Part shown: piece after piece, positions 28,921 through 39,618 of the stretch
Numbering within the stretch: the first letter of the stretch is position 1
Layout of the letters: each line of letters opens with the position of its first letter
From: the human T2T-CHM13v2.0 reference genome, Homo sapiens
Direction: 5' to 3' (one strand)
NCBI RefSeq assembly: GCF_009914755.1
Contig: NC_060938.1
DNA length: 64,000 nt
Notes under the pieces: model-generated
What the model was told of the DNA's origin: nothing
Databases searched by the model: none
The model's input: the letters and a program-made list of their open reading frames with translations, nothing else
Position numbers and translations under genes: made by a program

Positions 28921-29912
28921 CTGAAGAGTAGCCAGCTGCTGGTCCCAAATGACCTGATTCGATTTTTTAAATGTAAACCTTAGGATTGGTTCTTGGGTGA
29001 AGAGTCCGCTGCTCTTCGCTATTAGGTTAGCGTTCGGAAGTTTTCAGTCCTTGTTTTCCCGTTGACTTCGCTGCCTATGTGCAGCTAGGCTGGAAGCAGC
29101 AATCGCTGATAGAAAGCCTGTGGTTAAAGCTCAAACGACATAGTGTAGTCTCGACTAATTGAATCAACACGTATGGATAGCAACATTCTTTTTAGGTCCT
29201 CCTCTGGAAAGGGTCCATTTGGCCAAGAGCACTGTTCACTGTTACTCAACCTCCTGAAAAGTAACCATAGTAACTCACCTCTCTTTTGATGGGATCCTCC
29301 TTATTGGCTGCCTATCTTCCTTTGGAAAGCGCATCTCTCTAAATTTAGAAGATGATGAGATCCGTAAGCATACATCCATGTAGAAAAGGTGCAGTTAAAC
29401 ATGGCCCTTTAAAGAAATGCTGTCTTCAAAGAAAAAGTAGCATTTGGCGATTTCAAATCTTGTGAGAAAGAATGTGCATTCCAAAGAAAGACGGGGTTCG
29501 TGTTTTGAGCTAACTGCTGGTTTGTTACTTTAGAGGGAATACTTCCTGAAATTATATAAAATCTGGCATTAAAACTTAAGAATGACTCTGATTTTTTTAA
29601 AAAAATATCAGCCTACTGATAATCTTCCAAAAATAATCTCCCAAGTAAATAACTGGTAAGATGAGTTATTCAGTTATTTCCAAATGTCTTAGGATAGTTA
29701 AGATTCCTTATGTTTAAACTTAAATCTGGACAACACTGAAGTGATTGTGTGTGTTTGAAGGTTTATCTATCTATCTAGTCCAGACCAACCCCATCTCAAA
29801 TATCTTAGATAATATCCTCCTGCTGCAGGCTTTCTCCTGACTTGAGAACCAGTTCATGTCAGTGCAGTCCTGACTCGCCCGATGTTATTTGTGTCTGTCT
29901 CCTTGTTTCAAG

Positions 29913-30036
29913 ATCTCAGGTAACCATTCATGAGCCTGAGGCTGTGAGAAATGCTCGCTGTGCAAAGGGGAACTCTCACCAGATTTTCTGAAGCTGTTCT
30001 AGAAATACACTTTTCGGATTGATTCAGCATTACCAG
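29913..30036 (+). other. Candidate internal exon (possibly the decayed first coding exon of the SERTAD4-like gene)
   Basis: Acceptor tgtctgtctccttgtttcaag| and donor CCAG|GTAATT; all three frames contain stops. Confidence 0.45.
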
Positions 30037-32552
30037 GTAATTGCTAGCTTAAAAGAAATTACTGTTTAAATATGTATCCAGAGAAATGAATGCTAATGTA
30101 ACATTACCATAACTTATAAGATCAATATAAGGGGTTGTTTATATAGATGGTTGCTGGGTAGAAGTCAATAGAGGTTTTCTGTAAAAAGGACATTTGTGGG
30201 CTGGCTGATTTTCCTCTCTAAGATCCGTGTGAATAGGGTGGGCCAAATTAGGTAGCCTGGCTCCGGAAACATGCCAAGCGGAAGCCTACTGAGCACACGA
30301 GTGCATGTCCGAATGAAGGAAGTGAGGAGAACTCTCCAAGTTGCAGAAAGAGATTATTGTGATGTTTCAAATTTAATTTGCATAAGGTCATGAGGATAGA
30401 AACTTATGAGGCTTCAACATTTTAAACTCAATTTTCAAGACTGAATACGTCTTAAACGAGTGTTCAACCCTCCAGCATTTGTAACTTTCACATGTACTGT
30501 GCCCTTCCTATAGGTAACCAGCCTAGCAAATTGCAATCAAATTTATAAGAATATACCATGCTGCATTTCATCCCATTTCTTTCCTCCCTTTATAAAAATA
30601 AATAATTGACAATTTTTATTCAGAAACCTATTTGAAAATTTATTCTGGTCTAGTGGTACAGATTTATGAATACCGTGAGACTTTAAGATTATTGATCTCT
30701 ATAGTCACTTGTTTAAATATCTGTAGTTTAATAATTTTAAGGATTAAAGATTAGCATTTGAACTGTCAAAAATGTTGGTTTTGTTGGCCCTTAGCACCAT
30801 CCATCCTTCTTCATTTATCATACTGACTGTATTTTATGGTGAGAAACAACCCAAAGAGACCAATAATATTTACCGTCATCTGCCATGAGATGTGTACAGA
30901 GTTCCATTCATGCTATCAATCTGAGGAAAGTTTGAGCAAAGCAGCCACAATTATTGGTTCATGTAGGTGAATTAGTTGTGTGATTAGTAATTTATACCAC
31001 AGCCTGTCTCTTATGTCATGTGCATAAAAGTTGAAGATCATTCAGTGCCCTTTAATTTACGTGAATCAGTCTGCCCTTTCGTTGAGACTGCTGCCACAAT
31101 CCAAAAGGGCAATGAAAGAGGTTCTTAAATTTTAATTTTGATTCTATCATAAATGTGTAATATGCAGACTATATCCTGTGCAACTTTGATAAACGGATCT
31201 GTTTGAAAAGTCATTCATCAGAAAATTTTATGGTATTTAGCTTCAAAAAATAAAAATAAATCAAATGGTATCATTATAATATCCACATTTAATCCTGGAG
31301 ACATTGGTGGGTCCAAAGTTAGAGTGTGGAAGAAAATTCCACCAATTTTTATTTAAGGATCTAGTCACCCTCATCAATTTGAACACCAGCTGCACTTGTA
31401 TATGTAATGGGTTATAAAGAAGGCATGCACTTAGGAGTATAAGATTTGGCTAAAGCTGAGATCAAGCAGGTTAAAACTAAACCAAATTCTAATTTCAGTC
31501 TTTTTTACTCATATACTCTATTTGGAAGTTTTTAGGCATGTGTGAAAATTCTATGTTCAATTTTATGTCATGTAAACTTCATGGAATTTAGAAGACGCCT
31601 TGATGCAGACAGAGATGTTGAAAACTTTTATCAAGAGGTTGAGGCCCTTACCTCCATACCTGGGCTCTCTACTGATGACTCATGTCAGCTGGCATCCCAA
31701 CAATAACTCTAAAGCCAAGGAATAATCAGTTCAGATTGCTCTATTTGTCAAAGCAATATGCCTCAGAAACCTAGAAAAAGCTAAACTGCTAACTCTGAAG
31801 CAGAGGTAGGAGTACATTGACCAAAACCATTCAGCACTAAAACGAAGGAAGGATACCTTTGAGTTTTGGGAGAGGCCAATCCTTGTCGATTCTTTTTTCC
31901 TTTTTCTTTTTAAGTTGTTTATCTAAATAGTGTTAATACATTAATGTTTACCCTTTGTAATCTAACACCATTTTTTATATTTTCTTTTTTCCTAATTAAA
32001 TTTATACAAATGGGCTAATTAACAGAGCCATCCAATTCACTGCAATAATTCTCAGCTGGGGGGAAGGGGTGGCGGAAGGATATTACTGAAAAGCACTAAG
32101 AGCTAACCAATGTTGTCCTCAATATTGTAATATAGCCTTATGTTTAGAAAACAAAAGAACGACAGAAAGTGAAGTGCAGCAAAAAGGCTTCTTGGTAGAA
32201 ACACAAGAAACACAAGATCTGAACATCAGTGGTGCTTAGAAGGACAGGAGGTACACGTTTGAGGCTGGGAAGTCTACTCTGCGTGTGTATTTCAGAGTAC
32301 ATATTGTTTTCAAAGTGCTTAGGAAAAGGGAGCATGAGTAAGGAACATGAAGAAAAGTTGGGAATATTGTAAAGAGAGACAAGACTCAAGAGCCTAGAAC
32401 CTCAATTCTGCCTCCATGTGCTGCTCATTTTACTGCTTTATGGCTCATTTTCTCTCTATCTAATGTGGGATATAAGACTACAAGCTTAAGTAGATTGCTT
32501 GAGCATGAATGTAACACAATTTAATGAAGCAACTGTAGCTCTGTAAGAAAAA

Positions 32553-32900
32553 CTTTTATGTTCACGGGTACCTGTGCAGGACTGTTACACGGGTGAATTG
32601 TATGCCACTGGGTTTGGTCTACAGATTATTTCACCACCCCCATAATAAGTGTAGTACCTGAGAGGTAGTTTTTGTATCCTCACCCTCCTCCCTCAAATAG
32701 GCCCCTGTGTCTGTTCTTTGCGTTCATGTGTACTCAGTGTAGCTCCCACTTATAGATGAGAAGATGCAGTATTTGGTTTTCTGTTCATGTGTTAGTTCTC
32801 TTAGGATAATGGCTTCCAGCTCCGTCTATGTTGATGCAAAGGACATGATTTCATTCTTTTTTTATGGCTGTGTAGTATGGCTGTGTGCTATTCCATGGAA
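32553..32900 (-). mobile_element. Older primate L1 3' end
   Basis: GGGTACCTGTGCAGG..GCTCCCACTTATAGATGAGAAGATGCAGTATTTGGTTTTCTGTTC..GCAAAGGACATGATTTCATTCTTTTTTTATGGCTG. Confidence 0.85.
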
Positions 32901-34194
32901 GCACCTATATAGCTCTTTAGCGAAAAGGTACCCTGTGAATGAAAATTATTTCACCACTAGAGCAACTCCAGGTGAAACACAAATCAGATACCATATGAGT
33001 GAGGGCAGAGAGTCACCCAACTCCACGCGAATCCTCATGTGTTTTAAAGTGAGTAAAATTAATGATTAATTCAATCTTATGTTTTTTTACAACCCTTTTG
33101 GGATAGCAGAAGCAACGTTGGCGTGGATAGATGTTTTTGTTAATATACTCAAGCATGGAGTGGTGGTGGTAGTGATATCAAAGTGGAAGACAATGTGAGT
33201 GATATAGATCAGGTACTTTTAGAAAGGCTGCTATTATCCATAGGTTAGGGATTAAAACTCTTTTCTTTGAGTACCAGTCCTGGGTATCGAGGGAAGTTGT
33301 AGTATCTCTCTAGCATATCTCTAGGTATGGATTTCTTGGAACCCATATACTGCAATGTGCTTCCAAAAAAGCAATTTTCTTTCTAATTCATTTCTACTTT
33401 CCAAGGTAAAAGATGGGGTAAAAGGAAGCATCATTCCTCAGAATCAGGAATGCACTTCTAGGGGGTGGAAAATCAAAAAGTTTACCCAAGAAGCCTCCTG
33501 CACTTCGCCTCTAAATTTCTGTCATTAGCAGGGCCAGATCACGGCAGCAACTGGCTTTAGTGCAGCATCTAAGGAAACCTAATGGTGTTCTGTTTGGTTC
33601 AGAGACCATTACCATTGGAGCAGGATAGGCTTGTGGAACTGGTGGGGTTTTCTTTACTATTCCATGCCTGTGCTTGGGGTTATCCCAAGGGACATGGATG
33701 CAATCTAGTACCAGACAATGCTGCTGGTATCTTGAGAAACTCTTCTAAGTCATTGGCTCTCAGTATTCCTGGAAGTTCCTAAGAAAGTCTGCTCGAGCTG
33801 GAACTTGTTAGTAATTCTAAATTGCCAGTAAAGTCAATATTGTGCTTGGGGTGGATAAATCTGAAGAAACAGATTGCTCCATTGATTTGGAGATAAAACC
33901 TGACACTGAGCTCTGCTACCATAAAGGATATTATCCAGAAAGGTGATAGGCAAGGGGGTTATGAGAGAGAAGAAAGATGGCTGATGGAAAATTGTTAAAC
34001 ATCAACAGAGCCAAAGGTCTCCAGAAGGCACAGCATCATAGCCTTGAACTTTGCACCCATCTACCTTCTTGAATACACTCATGAATGCTTCATGCAGCCC
34101 ATGCTTAGCACTAAAGAGAGGACCAATGTCCTAGGTATAATATAATGCTGCTGAGCAGGATATGTACTTATGATTTCAAAATGAAGTCACTGCA

Positions 34195-34415
34195 ATAATA
34201 ATACGTAACATTTACTGAGCAGGAAATATGAGCACATGTGACAGGCACTGAGTAACTGCTTTTTAAACATCATCTCTTCTAATTCCAGTAAAACTCAATG
34301 AGTTTGGTATTGTCCCCCCGTTTAACAGATAAAGAAAAGTTAGGCTCTTTGAGTTTAAATATCTTGGCCAAAGTCAGTAAGCAAATAAACTGTAGAGCTG
34401 GTATTTGAACTAGTG
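34195..34415 (-). mobile_element. MIR SINE
   Basis: ACATTTACTGAGC..TTTAACAGATAAAGAAA..CTTGGCCAAAGTCA..GAGCTGGTATTTGAAC. Confidence 0.7.
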
Positions 34416-35874
34416 CCGTTGGACAGAACTAGAAGGTTATGCTGAAGTATTTCAAGCCATGCAGTGAGACTGCAGAATGTGGTTAGCAGGGACAGATGGG
34501 GTAACTCTTTCTAATCAACTGTGGTCATGGCCCTTAAGGAAATATCTCCAGTAGCTTTGTCACCAGCAAATCATTATTTAGCTAGATAGGGACAATTGCA
34601 CTTTTAAAGGCTCATGCCAGGCTAACATGTTACAAAGAAAAATCAGTAAGACATTGTGAAGCTGAGGTGCCTGATTTATCTTTAACACAAGTCAGTTGTT
34701 GATCTGAGATGGAACCCACCTTCTTTCTTGTCATTGATCAGCCTCCACCCCTTCTGTCTGTGGGTAGGATGCACACATCTAATAGGATGGTTTCAACTCT
34801 GTTTTTGGAATGTTTTGATTTAAATGTTGTGGGGGGAAAAATGAAAGCCAAACTAAAATTAGGATATATTGAACTGATCACTTCTTCACCATGTCTCCAG
34901 CTTTGAGTCTTGACAAAGAATGGATTGCTTTGACAGGAGTTGTTCTTTTTACTGTGGTCTGTTATCTCAAAGTGTTTGTAAATTAATTTGCTGATGATGT
35001 TTCCTTAATGTACTGTCTCCAGACCATGTACCAAATGAAATCACTTACACCGTAATAGGATTTCAGTTTTCTGGAGGCAGAAGCAGAGCAATGAGGAAGA
35101 GCATTTGAGCAATCATTTGTAATTACATTTTAAACATTTATTTAAAGAATTATATAAAAATTATATTGCTAGAACTCTAATGACAGGGATGGTCACTCTG
35201 TTCTGTAACTTTTAATTTGTTGGTTATTTATGTTTTATACTACCAAATACACTGAGCTTGGCACAGATATTTTATGGGCCCAGAGGATATAGCATTAGAA
35301 ACAGCTTGAATATTCAAGCCATCATTAGCCATTTCACTTTCAGAGACAAATTTAGGCTCAGCCTAATTCAGTTTTGTAATTTACATACTGTTCTCAGAGC
35401 TCAGAACACTCAGAATGTGAAGACATAAAGTCATTTCATTTTTTTTCTTGTCTATTTCGTCATCTTTATTTGAATAATAGGCTGGGTTAAGTTTGGCCTT
35501 TTAGTTGCAGGAGAACTATAACAGATTTACACATGTTTACTGAATCATAACAACCAAACTTCTTTGGATAGTCAGATCAACTTTAATTAATTATCCAGAT
35601 GATTACCTGTATGTTTCAAAAATAGTTTACACCTCCTTCACCCAAAATGCATGACCAGTGGCAATACACCAGAAATATTTGGAGTTGTTATAGAATCTGT
35701 ACTACGTTTTTTCAACTTGATCATTTGCAATATCTTCTTGCAGTTTTTTTTAACTGTCTAATTACAATCTAGTATCTTTGGGAGGCAGGGTGGTGGAGTC
35801 TTTGAGTCAGAGCTAGGAGGCCAGGCTGGGCTCTGCTTCTATGTGGTAGATTTGTGACTAATGGCACAAATAAG

Positions 35875-36095
35875 GTCTACAATTTGATTGAGTGTTTACT
35901 ATATGCTAGGCACAGTGCCAGTCACTTTCCATGAATTATTTCAATGATCTTATGAGCCAGTGTTATTTCTATCCTTACTTTACAAATGAGATTTCTAGAG
36001 AGTTTATGTAATTTGCTCAAAGTCACTCAAATAAGAAGCAGCAGAGCTGGAATTCAGACCACTTCCATCTGACTTCAAAACCCAAACTCATAGCC
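35875..36095 (-). mobile_element. MIR SINE
   Basis: ATTGAGTGTTTACTATATGCTAGGCAC..TTTACAAATGAG..TTTGCTCAAAGTCAC..GCAGAGCTGGAATTCAGACC. Confidence 0.75.
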
Positions 36096-37181
36096 ACGTG
36101 CCAGAATGTAAATTATTGAACTCGTCTGGGCTGTAGTTTTCTCATCTGGACACTGAGGAGGCTGAATCAGGTGATGGATACATAGTTATCAGCTCCGAAT
36201 GTTTTGAGTTCTAATCCAGCCAAGCAAACAGATGTAGGAACTTATGTTTGCTATATATTTTAACCTAAAAGTGGCTAGAACCATCCTCCAAAATTGATAC
36301 TGAAAACATTTTAAATAGCTAAACAGCTTTCAGGGAGATAATTGTCAAACTGATACCAGCTGTGAAGGCTTTTCAGCATTTTAACAACCCATGTGGGTAT
36401 TTTTTAAGAGCAATAAACTAAATGGCTAAGTGTGTTGCCCACGGAGGAGCTGAGACTCAAATCTAGAACTCCTGGGAATTTTCTCTGTATTTTCAGGATC
36501 TGATACATTCAGTATATTAGGCTAATTGGTTGATGATAGCCAGACAGTCTTTATGAACCTTGGAATCATTTGATATGATTTTTTTGGTCTTGATCTGTCA
36601 AATAAAAATATCTTTCCTGGAGGTACACTTGGGATCCAGAACTATAAGTTTATTTGTCATTTGGTTCTCTAATCTGCCACCTGCCTTCCCTTGTATTACT
36701 CATTAAAAGATTCTTAATTGGTCATAAATGCTGTAGATATTGCATTACATTGGAAGATAAAATGAGCAGACATTTTAAAAAGATACATATAAGAAAGTCA
36801 TGTTTGCTCATGATGAAGTTACTCATCTCATTTTCTAGCCTTTTCTCACTGTCACCTACACTATAGTAATTCATTAGAGCTTGTTAAAAAAATTAGAGAC
36901 CTGCCCAGCTATCATGCTAATAATAGCCATTGATGCTTCTCAATGTGAACCCAGGAAAAGTGACTTCATTCTTCACTATTTAGTTAAAATGCAGTCTGGC
37001 TTTGTTCATGAGGCTAAAGCATCTAAGCCAGTGTAGGGAAGCAATAGCAACAACAACAACAATCAATCAAACCAATTGCCTGGCATTCTATTGATATGGC
37101 AATCAGCTGATTGACTGAATGTTCTGCTCTTAACTTGTTGCCATAGTGCTACTACTACACCTGCTGAATGCTGCAACCTAG

Positions 37182-37365
37182 AGGCTCTCAAAATGCAATC
37201 CCCAGACTGGCAGCATCAGCATCACCTGGAAATTTGTTAGAAATGCAAATTCACTGCTGCTAGCCCAGATCTACTGGATTAGAAACTCTGGGGGTGGGAC
37301 CCAGCAATTTGATTTAACATACCCTCCAGATAATTCTGATGCTCACTAACATTTGAAAACTACCA
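37182..37365. mobile_element. MER5A-like hAT-Charlie DNA transposon
   Basis: GCAGCATCAGCATCACCTGGAAATTTGTTAGAAATGCAAATTC..GAAACTCTGGGGGTGGGACCCAGCAAT..ATTCTGATGC. Confidence 0.85.
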
Positions 37366-39017
37366 TTACATCAATTAGTGAAACAGTTTAAAAAAAAAGT
37401 ACAAGTAATTGTCACACGGGATAACCCAAAGCTTCACCTAATTATTTGATTAAATCCTTAAAAAATATACCAAAGAAAATGCAGTTTACTAAAAAACAGC
37501 CCCTGAGAAACCTGGTTTCAGTGATGCTTTCTTTGTTCTCTCTACAATCAGCTTTGTTCTTCTTTCCTAAACTTTTGAAATCATTGAAAACTCTATATAA
37601 GCTGAGTTTGCTTACTGAATTCAGGGACTGTGTAGGTATAGTAGTAGCAACTATTGTCTTTGCTTCAGTTCACTTGTGAATTATCATGACATATTCATTT
37701 CTTTTAAGATCAGATACACCACTGTTTTAAAATTCTTCATTCCCTTAACAAAACATAACAACTATAACTTAAGGCTTTCTTGGGTTAATAATCCACAGTG
37801 ATGTCAGTGGAAAACTGGAATGCTTGGGAATGATTTTGTAGCTTTTCTTACTGACTGAGGAAAATCATTTAGCTACAAAAAGTTGCGGGAAGCTTTTGTA
37901 GCTTAGATGCACTGAGTTGGAGGACAAACTAGAAAAAGCAAATTCTTGAACACATTTAAAATATTTAAGCTTAGAAAAATTTAAGATTTTAGAGGAAAAC
38001 CATCAAATGTCTTGCTGTAGATTTATTTAACTAACACATACATTATTCATTCTTTTGTGAACTAAATGGTTTCAACACATAGAAATATTTGAGGATGTGT
38101 ATTAAGGGTAAAATAAATTATGTTTAAATATGAAGTTTCTTTCTGGCCTGGTCCCCCGAGGTTGAATGAGAATTGAACTGGACTCAATTTGTTTTCTAAA
38201 TTCATTCAGTGCTTTCTCTAGAAGCTGCTTGTCTTTAGCTTTGAAAGTAGATCTTGCCTCCTTTTTGTGATATGAGTGCCACCTAGAGTACACTCTGAGA
38301 ACTCCCTTAAGCACTATCGTTAAACTAAACGATAACTGAAAATTGGCTTTTGGAACTCCGTCCTTCCTTAAGCAAGTAAGAACCTCAGTAGCAATCGTAT
38401 TTTAAAGGAGAAAACAAAGGTCTTCACTTTCAGTATTATGACAAGGTCAAGTTTGCAAGTCAGAACGTTACCTAAATCTTTCATTTACTTAGAACACCAT
38501 TAAACCATGTGTTAGGACGATGGCTACACCATAATCATATCATAGAGTGTTTTGTCTACAGATACACCATTATTTCTTTAAAGTGTAATTGGGCTGCCAA
38601 CTATTTTATGCCAATTTGATTAACCTAGTGACACTAAATGATCTCTCTGTATTAGGCAGTTTAACTAAAAGAATGATGAAAAATTTCTTTTCTCCTCCCA
38701 TTACATTCCATTTCAAATTTGGGTGTGTTTTGACATTAAATGGCATGAAATAAAATAGTATATTGGTATTTGACTTCTGAGGGGCTGCATAAGGAAATAA
38801 ACATGAGTATCCTATCTAGAACATCTGTTTTGGGTCTGAATGGTGGTATTTTCCTGCCTGCAGGCTTTTCAATCCAGGGCAGTTGTCACTGCTTCACCAC
38901 GTTGAAGGGAGAATACCAATTTCCAGGATCACCAGTTTATTTTTATAGATAAAAGTTATATTATAAGATACTATTTGCCACAATAAAATCTAACCTTTCC
39001 CCAATTATTTTGTTTAG

Positions 39018-39133
39018 CTTATCCAACAAAAGTATTAACATATACATTAACAACGTCGAAAGTAGCCTACTTTAAGAGAAAATATGCAGAAGAAGAAGAT
39101 TTACATCAAGATTACCATGGGTATTTTCCAAAA
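39018..39133 (+). CDS. SERTAD4-like coding (or formerly coding) exon, 116 nt, phase 1 to phase 0
   Basis: ttattttgtttag|CT TAT CCA...TTT CCA AAA|gtaagg. Open frame xYPTKVLTYTLTTSKVAYFKRKYAEEEDLHQDYHGYFPK aligns without gaps to the recalled SERTAD4 segment [39 protein letters not shown]. Confidence 0.8.
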
Positions 39134-39243
39134 GTAAGGGTTTACTTATTATTATTTGTTCATTTTCATGAATGTTGTCAACATAAAAAGCTGTAGTTTT
39201 TGTTTTTCTAAATATAGATTTAATGATCATGTTTGCTTTCCAG

Positions 39244-39618
39244 CACCTGATATTACCTGAGGACAGAACTTGCATTCTCAAACTTTCTCTGGAGAAGCTC
39301 AGGTTTCTTGAAGACCCAGAAACCTACTTAAGAAGGTCTGTGTTAATTAACAATTTGCTGAGGAAGATACATCTAGAGACGGAGAAAGAGAGCTATGAAT
39401 ACTTTAAAGAAGCTCCCTGTTATAAGACTGCATATTCTGATACAAGAAAACGGCTGAAGTTTATGGTACAGGAATGCTGTTCTCAGTCTCTCTATTATGA
39501 AGAGCTGCATTCGTATCATATTGTGCCTTATGCTTCGGAGAATGCCATTTATGAAATGGGCTACACTAGCAGCCACTTGGAGCAAAATTCTCAGTTGCTT
39601 ATTTATAAAATGAATTAA
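39244..39618 (+). CDS. SERTAD4-like terminal exon encoding a SERTA domain (124 codons plus stop)
   Basis: Acceptor gtttgctttccag|CAC in phase 0. [38 protein letters not shown] carries the SERTA signature (SLxKL...LRRSVLIxN) and matches recalled SERTAD4 [38 protein letters not shown] at 26/38 positions. Confidence 0.85.
   Translation, partial: HLILPEDRTCILKLSLEKLRFLEDPETYLRRSVLINNLLRKIHLETEKESYEYFKEAPCYKTAYSDTRKRLKFMVQECCSQSLYYEELHSYHIVPYASENAIYEMGYTSSHLEQNSQLLIYKMN

Noticed and set aside
27965-28983. Several 64-96 aa ORFs on both strands
   Set aside because: Stop-poor GC-rich CpG-island sequence with low-complexity translations.
37871-37903. 10-bp stem hairpin AGCTACAAAA...TTTTGTAGCT
   Set aside because: Too short and AU-rich for a pre-miRNA or a known RNA family.
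39223-39243. ATG start (MIMFAFQ) of the 131-aa track ORF
   Set aside because: It lies in the polypyrimidine tract and acceptor of the 110-nt intron, and homology continues in the upstream exon. It would be usable only with intron retention.
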